A model generated the notes under the pieces. It did no database searches, had not been told where the DNA came from, and was given only the letters and a program-made list of their open reading frames with translations. A DNA stretch of 62,563 nucleotides, filler included. It is 7 parts of 7 records of this genome, joined end to end, with 100 filler letters (N's around TTAATTAATTAA, not from the genome) between each part and the next. Parts side by side here need not be neighbours in the genome. Positions count along the whole stretch, not along the records: positions 25,494 to 45,208 come from SRR15195285_1291; positions 45,309 to 52,361 come from SRR15195285_1295; 5 more parts are not named here. One strand, 5' to 3'. The position numbers were made by a program, and so were the translations under genes. Shown here piece after piece: positions 37,301-48,990 of the stretch; the first letter of the stretch is position 1, and the number at the start of each line of letters is the position of its first letter.

Positions 37301-40300
37301 AGTCATAACCAAGGCCCATCGCGTTGCCGTCGTCAACCAGCAACACGACAATTCGATGCTCTCCTACCTCATCGCTCGACCAAGTCACGGTCACTGTACC
37401 ATCGTTGTTGTCAATCGTGTTCGCGTCTGTGACAAAATTGTCGTTTCCATCTGCTCTACCGTTGTCTCTCGTCCAGCGAAATTGGTCAGGGGTCAAGTCC
37501 GTTTTGCACATGACATCGGATGGCGTTGCACCGATTGGATGGGGATCCGACTGCTCAGCCAAGGCGCGCAACGGAACTATCTCGACCTTGACCTGATAAC
37601 CCCCTTCGGGCACCTCCAGACCGTCGTCACGTTGCGCTGACGACGACGCTGTCTTGGCCTGAATTGTGAACGAGTTCGTCTGTCCGACAACACCGTCACT
37701 CACGTAAGCTACGCTGTCGCGGGCTGAGATTATCCCAAGGCTGTCAACGAACCGAACCGTGAACCCACTGAGCATCAACATCGGCGGCGCGGTTGCCAGA
37801 GACACTCCTTGACGATTGACAGTGAGTTTCCAAGAGTCCACATACGGGACGTTCAAGATCACCGTGTACGTGCCGCAAACTTCGCAGGACTGCTCACCAG
37901 GACCAAATGTACACCTACGGTCTTCCCCGCACGTGTCTCCGTAGTTCGGAACTTCTATGTAGTCTTGGGGATTCGGAGATACATTCGGTCTCACTATTAC
38001 CTGATTCGGGTTGGCGACGCTGTCAAATTTATTGTCGGTGCTAGACTGTGAAATGGTGACACGAAACGCGTCACTAGAGCTTGTCATTCGCCTGTAAATC
38101 AAGTTGCCAAATCGGTCGACGCACTGAATTCCCATGGTAACGTTCTCGTTAATCAAGCCTCCTCGCAGACCTGGACCAAACGGGTAGCTGTGCTCGACGC
38201 TCAAATCCCCTGGGCGAACGAATGCTTTGCTCTGCACTAGCACAGGATAACCTTCGACAGACCCGATCGCGTACGTCACCGCGATGGTGTATTCTCCTGC
38301 GAGAGTGGAGGCAAACCTGGCAATGAACGTCCCATCATCCGGAACCGCTGAGATCTCAGCCTCCACTTGGTGAGGCACGAATTCTTCTGAGCAGTCTGGT
38401 GCAGAAAAGGAGTTGCATCTCGGAGTGTACATGGTTGAAAGCACTGCTTTGAAAGGAATGCTGCTAAGTTCTGAGTCTGAGCTGTCTTTTTTGTTACCGA
38501 AACGATCGTTGGCTGTGATTCTAAAACTACCGCCACGGCTCAAGTCATCTGTCGCATCTGGTGTGTAAACGCATCCCGATATCGGGCACTGAGTGCTGCC
38601 CGGCGGGTTAGTCCGTGGGCACGAGCCAGCACACTTCGGATCAAATCGACCAGGGATATTGTCGACTAGGGTACGCTGGAAATCGGTAGCTGCAGGCTCG
38701 ACCTGCGCAAGAAACGGCGATGTACTGGGGAGATATCCCGTAACTGAGTACGGATTTGCCGGCGACCGACCAATGTCATTCAAGCCAGCATACCCCTCCA
38801 ACACTTGGACATGGTAGGCGCCGATGACCGTAACTAGGTAGGAAACGGAATAGGTCCCGTCGTCGTTGTCTACAACATCGCCAGTCATGGCGTATCCATT
38901 GTTGAGGCCCTGCACGAGGATTGTGAAAACATCACCACCATTCATCCTACGGTTTCCGTAGTGATCGTGTGCCGTTATCAGGAACTTACCGCCGCTGAAA
39001 TCCCCTGCCGTCATCCCATTCAGGCCGTCACCCACGGCAACACATTTCTCAGCAGAGATCTGTGCTGGGACAACATCCAATGCGAACGGGCTGCCGTCGA
39101 TGTTTTCGACACCCATGAGCACACTAATCTGGTACTGACCACTTCGTGTCACCCTGTACGACACGGAGTACGTTCCGTCTGAGTTATCATTGACTGTCCC
39201 GGGAATGCTGGAAGCAGCCGAATCGATCTGTACCACGAAAGTGTCACCCCCTGTCATCAGTGTTGCCCCCAGCTGGTCTTTTGCTTGGATCTGAAAGACT
39301 CTCAAGATCCCAGCTACAGCTGTGTTCAAGGCCTCCCCGGCTGCAGTACAAGAGCCCGCAAACGTCTTCCCTGGTTGGACAGTCATCGCAAAGGGGCTAT
39401 CTTTAACGTGAATAGCCTGCGGTTGGCCCGAGCTATCTGCTTCGGAGCGAATGATGACGATGTTGTAGTTGCCAGACGTCATCGGCTCGTATTGAACCGT
39501 GTAAGTGCCATCAGAATTGTCGGTGACATCAGCACGAAGAAAGACCGGGCCCTCCAGCGTTACAGCAAATGTGTTCCCACCGTCGGTAAGTGCGTTACCG
39601 TACGCATCCTTAGCATATATCTCGAAGGAGGCCGGCTTCCCAGCACGAGCTGTGTCCAAGCCTGGACCTTCAGCGATGCAATCCGGTGTATACAGCTCGG
39701 CGGCAGTTATTGTAGCAGTGTACGGGCTGCCTGCAACGTGTGATCCGGCCACTAGAATGCTGACGTTGTATGTGCCCGCAACAAACAGATTATAGCCGAC
39801 TAAAAACGTTCCGTCCCCTTGTGCAGACACCGTCGCATTGGACATCTGTCCTTCGACCATCGTTGGAGTCACGATTGATACCGTCGTGGTAGTTACTGTT
39901 GTCGCCCTTGTGACAGTTGGAGTTTTTTCGAGGATCTGTGTGATGTCTGTCTCTTCCAGACGGACAACCTCAAATCCTGTGCTGATACCTACTGGAACTG
40001 TGTAAACAACTGGAGCATGGGCAGAAGCGACAGTCGCTCCAGCTTGCATCCGACGGCGGGATGCCCACGTGACGACGTTGCCGAAAGCATCTAACGCTGT
40101 GACCGAGAAGTTGTGGGTAGTTCCAGCAGATCCTCCGTTAATGGCTTCCCCACTGACAAACGAATATTCAGCAGTAGGATCACCAGGTTCAAAGACAACG
40201 ATTTTCGGCTCTCCATCTTCAATGCGGCCGTGGGTATCTTCCGTTGGAATTCCGCGCTCGAAGGTGATTGACAGGCTGTATGCTCCACTCAGTGTCACGC

Positions 40301-43300
40301 TGTACTGTACTTCAACGGTAAAATCACGAACAGCACCAGCCGCCGCAACACATAGAAATCCTGAGGCTACCATATCTGTATCTGTCAGTACGCACAATTC
40401 GGTCAATACACCATGAACAACGTACTGGGTTCCGTCGTCCAGAGTAGGGCCTGTTAGAGAGACCTCAAACCCACGCTCAGCGTTCGCATACTCGATCGAA
40501 GGTACATAATCGTTCCCAAATCTGTCTCGAGGGAAAATGGTAAACTCAGCTGGATTAAGAGGATCGATATGGCCGCCAGCAATTCCCATTGCGGTTTCCG
40601 GTCCAGCAGATGTCTGCTGCAGATCCAGCGCAGCAGGCGTTATCAGAATTCGGAATGGACTCCCTGCGATCGGCTCGTTTTCCCAATAATTGCTCCCATC
40701 GTAAGTCAACAAGACTTGGAGCTGATAGTAGGCGGCCACTGTAAACTTGTTCGTTCGCAAGGAGTAAGTACCGTCACGGTTGTCGTCGACGATGTGTGAA
40801 CCCACGCCATTGTCAACTTCCTCAATCAATGACGCGTCCATCATCGGCACAGGCGGGGCAACCTCCCAGTCAACAACAAAGGTAACGTTTGCCCCTCCAG
40901 TTACCTCGTCTATCCCGTAAGGGTTGCGAGCTTGCATGGTAATCACAGTTTCAGCACCAGCCACGCCACCTATGTCGCTCATCATGACGCTAGTTAAGGG
41001 AGACGGGTCAGGTACTGGCTGAGCAATAGTTACTGTCCGTGGACTCCCAGAGACGTTTGCCTTACGCTCGCACGCCTCAGTGCTGTCGATGCATCTGTAC
41101 ACGAAGATCGCGAACGTTTGTTGCTCCACGTTGCCGCCCAAGTCATGGGCTACATAATCCAAGCGATGTAGCCCTGGTCCATAGTAGCTGGCCTGCAGTG
41201 GCTGAGACTCGTTTTGTAAGCCGCGAACTGATCGCTGAGCTATCGCTGAGGGCAATTTCATTTCGATGCCGTACTCGATACTGATCTCAACTGCATCAGA
41301 TATCAAAGGCTGGAGCAGAGATTTGAAGTCGCCGGCGTTTTCAATATTGATGTTGACTTCAAATTGTTGCAGAGCTCCATTGATTTCCAAAATCAGGTCC
41401 TCAGGCTGCCCAATAAAGTCAAATGGAATCAAACGCCCCCCAACGTACTGGCCCCTCGTCGAGACACCCAAGTCCGTCTCGCTAGCGTCCTGGCCGTCGA
41501 TCCTGGCCCCCATGTCTAATCCGAACAAACGCTTCACGTTCGGACCAGTGGAGGTTGGGTTGACAGTGATGCTACTTCCAGATCCGGTCATTACTGTCGT
41601 CAGCACGACTGAGCCTGTGTTGTTCAGGGTAATAACTTCTGCCACCTCCATCTTGAAAATGTCTCCTGGGACAGCTCGCGCATTGCCGTACACGTCTCGT
41701 GCTCGGACAGAAAAGCTCGCAGGGTTACCCCAAAAGGCCCCGTTCCAACCAGGTCCATCCACGGTGCATGATCCTGAATCGGTTGCGTCCGCGGGAGCCA
41801 CTGTCAGACGCCGCTCGTCTGCCACATCCATACCTAGCTTGACTGTACTCCTGTATTCTCCCGCAATGGTCAGCAACATGTTGCACGTGTATGTACCATT
41901 GTTGTGGTCAACGACCACAGCACGCGTGTTGTTGTGCGAGTCGAAGTTGAAAACAGTGGTCGTAGATGCTGCAGAGAGCCCTGCTCCGATCGTGGTCCGC
42001 ATTTCAACGCTAAGTGCTGCGCCGCCATCAATCAACCAGTTCCCGTATGCGTCACGGGTTCTAGCAGTCAGCGCCAGTGTCTCCCCTGCTAAGGCCTGAT
42101 CTGCAACGTGCACAAGAAGATGCGCGACGGACGACACACCAGGTAGCACTTTTTTGAAGAAGGGGCTTCCATCGATCTCAACGCCACTTCTACCCCCTTT
42201 AATGACTTTCACTGTCATTAAATAGGTAGTGCTGTAACGAGCCCACAGGGTAGCGCGATATGTCCCGTCGAGCATATTTGCAACATCAAGCGCCACTTTC
42301 TCGAGCCCTGCTGCCGCAATCTGTTCGTCGGTGAGTGGACAACAACCATGGCTAGCTCCAACAGAACCTGCTTCGCAGTCGTCCACCTGGGATGCATCTG
42401 CCATCATACACGGAATCATCTCACCCCATATTTCATTGTCTTCGCCGTAGACATCATATTTACCGTTGTTGCCAAATTCATCTTTGGTCTGCACAACAAA
42501 ATCGGAGCTCTGCCCTGCCGAAACGTTCAATTCATTCCAGCCAACAGCCTTGCATTTGCTCTCAAAAATTGGCCCTGGTTCCACTATTAGCGGGAATGGG
42601 CTACCGATAATGTCGTAGTAGCCACAGCCATTTTGAGTTCTTGTGTTGAATTGTCCTAGTGAAACGCCGCAGACATCTTCGTTCTCGGCAGTGTTGTTGT
42701 TGAAAGTTACATGCATCACAAACTCGCCTGACAACGTGAGCTGGTATCTCACATTATACTGTCCGGCATCTTCGTGCTGCGGATCCGTCAGTGTCGGATC
42801 AGTCTCCGGGCCGAGAGTAAAGTTCTTCACCAGTCCAAAACATTGATCGAGCTCTCGATTCCACGAAAGACCTGCGCGTACTGTGTCCGTACAAAGGAAC
42901 TCACTGTACTCGGGAGCTTCCGTTTTAATTTCGACCCTGAAGTTGCCGTACTCACCACCAGTGCCCTGTGTGACCCCGAATTTATCGAGTGCGCGCACCG
43001 TGAACTCTTGGAATATCTCAGCGTCTGCGACGCCGTAGGTAAGGCCTTGCCCGTACGCGAACGAGCGGGTAGCAGATGTAGCTGCTGCAGTGCATTTGAA
43101 ATTCCAGTCGCCTTGAAGCTCACCGTCCTCCGTGTAGCAATCGTAGACCAGGTCACTTGGAGGAATTTCTGTACGGCACGGGATCTGCAATCCGCGGCTT
43201 CTCACTTGGATTCTGTAATCGCCCCGCACGCGGGGCTCATAGGTTACTGAGTAGGTGCCATCTCCCTGGTCTGCTACAGCGCCAAGGACAAAGGACGGTC

Positions 43301-45208
43301 CGCGGACTTGGACCGAAAATACAAGACCACCCTCCGTCAGCTGATTCTCGTACATGTCTTTTGCTGTGATCACAAATACTGCAGGCGTGCCTGCCTTCCC
43401 TTCGATCAATCCTTGTCCTTCAGCAATGGATTTATCATGGGCAAATCCAGTTGGGTTGATCGTGACTAGCACAGACGAGGGGGTACCCACAAAAAGTCCT
43501 CCCAGGTCTACCCTTAGCACGTACACAGCAGCGACTTCAACGTAGTACTGGCCTTCATAGAATCCAGCGTAAGCTTCACGGTCAAGTTCGGCGAAACTCT
43601 TGAACCGGTCTGTACATGGGTCGCCTGCCTGCGCGCACCGCTCTGGGTCCGTATCAGTTATGTCAACCGGTGTGTCGCCGTCATACTCTTCTCTGCAGCG
43701 TCCAGAATGACAGAACATGCGCAGGAAAAAATCATTCGCTTCGTCCGGCACAGGGTTGCCAAACTGATCTTTGGCCTGCAGCTGCACGATACCAGGTGTG
43801 CCAGCCGTGCTCCCTGCTACACCAGGGCCGTCGAAGACGCAGGATGCTGCATCAGTACCCGCAGGTCTCACCTCCACTTCGATCGGACGACCGCTTCCGA
43901 CAACGAAGCTGTTCAGTGAGATTGTAACATCATACAGTCCGCTGTAAGTCGCCACGTACGTGGCGTCATACCTTACGGTATCGTTGGCAATCCTTGCAAT
44001 AGAGACAGCAACACTTTCCGTTGCCATTTGCTGATGCTGTGCGGTAGCCCTCACCCTATCACCAATCCCCACAACGGGAAGGTCAGTTTCAATGTTGCCG
44101 TACTCATCCCGCGTCTGGATGACAAAGCTTGCTTGTTCTCCAGCAGTAGTGCTCACCAAACCTTGACCCGTAGCTTCCGTCTCCTCGGGCACAGCAGCTG
44201 AACTCACGATCGTCAAACTGAAAGGCGATCCTTCAATGTGCCACCTGTACTGAGGGCTCGTTACTGTGTCCATAATGATCGACAATACGTAGTCGCCTGT
44301 TGTAGTTAAGGTATACTGCACAGTATATCTATCGTCAATGCTATTGCGCGCCGGAGCCGTTTCCGTAATCCGAGTGCCTGCCAGCGTCACGTTGAAATAA
44401 TCTTGCATCCAGTCTTCAGTGGTTGGATCTTGTCGAAGGCCAAGCGGGTCGCGCGGTGTAATTTTGAACATGGCTTCGCGTCCGGCTGTGCTACCACTGA
44501 GGCCATTGCCTTCAGCAGTAGTACCGAGGCGAGACCCAGTGCCTTGAGCTACTGAGGGTTGAAAGGAAGCAGTTACTGTCACAGGAAATGGGGATCCTGA
44601 AATGTGGGTGTCCAGAATGATATTGTCGACGTACAACCTCATCCCTGAGAAATGGAGCCTCGCTGTTGTCAGACGGCTTGGGGCCTCGAATGTTACAGAA
44701 AGCGTTTGCCACTCCCCGTTGACTTGAATCTTCCTGAGCTGGTCCTCACTCGGCTCCACAAACCACAACGTTGAGTGCTGCTCCCAGCACGCCACTGCAG
44801 CGTCCCCAGTGCCAGTCCACGTGTGATCAGTCAACGCTTGACACTCGTCCTGACGAGAATACCACACGTCCGGATCCACACAACTCTCCGCGTCAATGAT
44901 GTCCTCGAGCGTTGCTCCATCGGAATCCTTGCAGACCGCCGTAACAACCACTTGCAGATTGCTCGCATCTTCGGTGCATACCCCGGAGTCCACATCCACC
45001 TCGGGTCCATACGAACCTCGACATTGGAATGCATCCAAAATATCTAGTCCGCCGTTTCCCCAGCAGCCGCAGTTCGCGTCTGCTTCATCCCCGCTCTCGA
45101 CACACTGTCTATTGGCAGCCATGTAGTCTCCCTCTTGTTGTTCACAATTTGGCTGCTGTGCCACGTCCGAACTCATGTAGATGTCCCAAGAAAGTCGGTA
45201 CCGCTCAC
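31308..45208 (-). CDS. Giant polycystin-1-like membrane protein: filamin/ABP280-type Ig repeats, REJ domain, GAIN/GPS, about 5 TM; 5' truncated
   Basis: 4622-aa uninterrupted ORF, also open upstream to the contig edge. Many repeats of A.G.GL...AG..A.F.I.A.D.YGN...DN.DGTY.V.Y...G.Y...GSPF; REJ-like LVAVIQGGDR...SYDPD...FSYRWTC and VNSRPFGG; GPS CKWFD...WKDSGC...CSCTHLTNFA; PKD-type HLWYSI...FSRAQQ. Confidence 0.85.
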
Positions 45209-45308
45209 NNNNNNNNNNNNNNNNNNNNNNNNNNNNNNNNNNNNNNNNNNNNTTAATTAATTAANNNNNNNNNNNNNNNNNNNNNNNNNNNNNNNNNNNN
45301 NNNNNNNN
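45209..45308. other. Artificial contig linker
   Basis: 44 N + TTAATTAATTAA + 44 N. Confidence 0.97.
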
Positions 45309-45336
45309 GTGTGCGTGTGCGTGTGCGTGTGCGTGT
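45309..45336. repeat. (GTGTGC)n microsatellite at contig start, intronic
   Basis: Directly visible hexamer repeat upstream of the TTGTAG acceptor at 45358. Confidence 0.8.
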
Positions 45337-45358
45337 ATATGTATCTCACGCGTTGTAG

Positions 45359-47259
45359 GACACTGTCCAAGTGCGAAAACGCTTGCGCTGGGATGACAGA
45401 CTGCGGCGGGTTCTCGTTCGAAGCGCACGACTCGATGGACATCCAGGGATCGTGCCTCTTCCATGAACAGATTCAGGCAGTGTATATGCAGTTCGGTGTC
45501 ATTTCGTGGCACACTGTTTACTACGGCCTGGCCTGCCTGTTTGTTCTCTACATGTTCCAGTTTCAGCTGAAGAAATTCCTGCCAAAGAATTTGAAGATTA
45601 TCTCGAACCTTGGCCCGCTGTGCATCGTCGTTGTTTCGGTGATCATCGTAATGTCGGAGACTTCTTCGGACCTCGCCAAATTCGAGAACTCGTGCTCAGG
45701 CTCCCATTGCTCATCCCGCGCGTACAACCCGCAGAAAGATTTCATGAAGTCGTGGGACGTTAAGGTGATCGGAATGATCTGCGAGGAGGGCGGCCTGGCC
45801 TGTTTGCCTGACTTCACTACACCGTTTTCCCTGCATTTCTGCCCGGAGAACGGCCAACTAAATTGCGCGAAGGGCGAAGGCAAAGAGGAGTACATCCAAT
45901 TCAAAGACCTGACTGCCCTGATTGTGCCCGCAATTTCAGTGGCTCTGATTGGTTACATGGAGTCCATGACTATCGCGAAGACGGTTGCTAAGTTGCGCGC
46001 CAAGATCAACGATGGCGGCAGTTTCACATTGAAGATCGATCCCTCTCAAGAGCTAGTGGCCCTGGGCATGTGCAACATTGCTGTTTCGTTCCTGCGCGGC
46101 TACCCGGTCACGGGTTCATTCTCACGCACTGCTGTGAACGGGGATTCAGGGGCGCGCTCACCATTCGCAAGCATGACGTGCGCGCTGGTCGTGGGTGGCG
46201 CGCTTGTGTTGCTGACCAACTACCTCAAGTATCTGCCGAAGGTCGTGCTGGCCACCATCGTTCTCATCTCAATCGTCAAACTCGTCGATTACGAGGAAGC
46301 GCTCTACTTGTTCCGGGTCTGCAAGCGTGACTTTGTTGTCTTCATGATCATCTTCCTCTCGACAATATTCCTAGGTGTTGAGGACGCGCTGCTCATCGGC
46401 ATTCTGTCGAACTGGGCGCTGTACCTCTCTCACACCAACAAGACGCAGGTGACGGTGCTCGGGCGGCGCAAGGGTGACTCAAACGGAAATTTTGTGGATG
46501 TGCTAGCAACGGGCGAACCGGACAGCGAATGCCACATCGTTGTACTCAAGCTGTTCACGGACATCTGCTTCTCGAACGCTTCCGCACTAAAGCAGACGGT
46601 CGAAGACGCCGTCAGTGCCGTCCCGGACGCAAATACGATTGTGATGGACTGCGCCAACGTTAATGATCTCGACGGATCTGGTTTGCATGCACTTGGCGCC
46701 ATCACGGGTGAACTCGTGTCCAACGACCGGCGCCTGATCATCGGTGGCATGCCGCGTCACTGTCGCAAGGTGATGGAACTCGCGCAGAAGCACAAACAAG
46801 AACTGCTGACAGGCAAAGGACGCTGGGACCCTACAAACCGCACGGAGGCACAGGTCGAATTAGTGGAATCAGCAGGTCCAGACGGCCAGGCCACGCCGCC
46901 AGTTCTGGTTTGCTTTGCCTCGGTGGATGCAGCAGTTCAGCACGCTGTTTACGTAGCTGGCCAGGTGAGCCCGACGAACGTTGTACGTTGCTCTGATCAC
47001 ACTCCCACCACGTGCCACTGTTGTGTCTCTCTTAACTTAGACCTTTTGTGCGACTGCGTGTCCTCGTGGTAACGGCGTATTGGGTTGCGTGTGGCTGCAG
47101 GTTGGGGGCGCGGCAATGGCCCCGTTCAGCGTGCAGGAAGCAACAGCAAACGACGCGCACACCGGCGGTGAAGGGATGCTGCAGGCTCTCGCCACGTCCG
47201 AAACTCTTCAGACAGTGCACAGCTCGCCACGCTGGACAGCGCCAAGGTCGCTGCAGTAA
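45359..47259 (+). CDS. SLC26/SulP anion transporter with C-terminal STAS domain, 5' truncated
   Basis: ALIGYMESMTIAK, IDPSQELVALGMCN, GYPVTGSFSRTAVN..SGARS, YLPKVVLATIV; STAS FSNAS...IVMDCANVNDLDGSGL. The last intron starts at 46965 or 46983 and ends at 47100; the last exon ends at TAA 47259. Confidence 0.9.
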
Positions 47260-47373
47260 TCAGTCAGGGTGTGACAAAATGATCGACAGCTGTGGCCGGT
47301 GAACCAAGAGCACTGTTGACCACTTAGTTTTCTCCACACACAATTGACTCTAGTCATATACATTGAAGCGCCG

Positions 47374-48497
47374 TCAACAAGACGGGACCAGGTCCAAAAT
47401 CCGGCGTGCGATATATGCTCCCTGTGCAGCGCTTGCGTCCTCGCGCATATGACCATGGTCGCGTCCTGCGGCTGTGCCAAGGCACTCAGCCGTGAAGCTG
47501 TGGAGGTCAATTATAGGCACTCCTTCCGATGCCATCACTCGCGCCGCAGACTCGTTGTATAGCTTTACATCTGCGTTGTACCGTCGCCACGATTGCTTGT
47601 ACACAACGTTGTGCCTGTGATCATCTACCGGCGTAGTGCTGAGCCACACAACTAGACCCATCCCGACACCACTATTGTCGCGATGCAGGAGGTCGTTGCG
47701 GGCAATTCGCACCATCTCGCGCACGTTTGTCTCGTACTCGTGAAGAGGCACTGCGCGCTCCCGTGTGTCAGGATCAGTCTTGACGTCCCACAGCCCTGGA
47801 CAGCCCACCAAAGCGCGAGATAAGAAGTGATGCGTGGAGTGGCACAGACACATATGGGCACACCAGCATTGAGGATGACGACGTCAGCGCGCGTGCCGCT
47901 CAGCCGACTCGGAGTCGTATGGGGAGCGAGCATCCTCTCGTCTCCCGGACCGCGCGAGGTACTCGACTCTGCGAGGTGTCGGATGTATGCCAGCGCGTGG
48001 CGGCTGTCGCCGCCATTGCAGCCGTCGAGCGTGGGGTTTGCAACGAGATCCTTCGGGCCCTCCCCGCGAGTTGGGCACCAGGCTCGACAGTGACCCTTGC
48101 CGCAGTTCAGGTTCTTGCGACCGTATCGGAAAACAGGAGCGAGCGCAGCCTGCAAGTGTGGCCCCCAGTCGATCGAGAGGGAGTCCGCCACAACAAACAG
48201 TAGCGGCTTAGAGTGGCCAACGCTGCTACCACCATGCTGCCACCCGTGGACAGCAGTAGCGCGGCGCCATGCCGCAAAGGACACAGCTTCGGAGCGCGCG
48301 GCATCTACCTGGGCCTGGGCGACCGCGCGCAGCGCGTCGGAATTGGTTCTGTGGTACGCAGACGCGGACCACCCTGGGAGCTCATGCTGGGCCTCAGCAC
48401 GAAGTGTTCGCGCCGACAGCGCAGCAGTAGCACCAGCACCGACCCCTCCCAAGAGGGCGGCGATTTTAGCAGGAGATAATCGTGTGCAACATTGCAT
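47374..48497 (-). CDS. SGNH/GDSL-type hydrolase (2 exons)
   Basis: Block I VVADSLSIDW, NGGDS, block III VILNAGLWD (joined across intron 47863..47796), YETNVREM, WLSTTPV, YNESA, IIDLH, DHGH (DxxH). Confidence 0.8.
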
Positions 48498-48990
48498 ATC
48501 CTGCCAGTCACCTGCGGTGCACTCGCTGCGTGCGTGGGTGCGTGCGTGTCAGCCGTGTCTGCCTGGGCGCAGGCACGATAGCGCGTGATAGCGTACCTGT
48601 AGACATATATAGCGCAGGGCGCCTCGCCGCGCACCGCGTATATTCTATCTATAGGATTCCTATAGCTAGAATCGATCATTTTTTGTTGGTGAATCATCGA
48701 TATTCGCATGCATATTGCATGCCCGCGGTTGCCCGCGGCGCCGGGCGGCGGCGAGGCGATCGCGACGATCGCGCGCGCATGCGCACTGGGATATAGACCG
48801 ATATAGTAGCGCCGGCGTCGAGTTTGGTAGCGGGCCCATGATCCCTACGCACGCGCGCCAGGGCGGGGCGGCCTGAGCGAGGTCAAGTTGCACACCTACA
48901 CGCACGGTCAAGTGCACGCGAGCTCTACGTGGCGCCACCACCGACCAGCAGCGCCCGCCCAGTGTAATGCGAGGCGCAGGCTTGTGTGCG

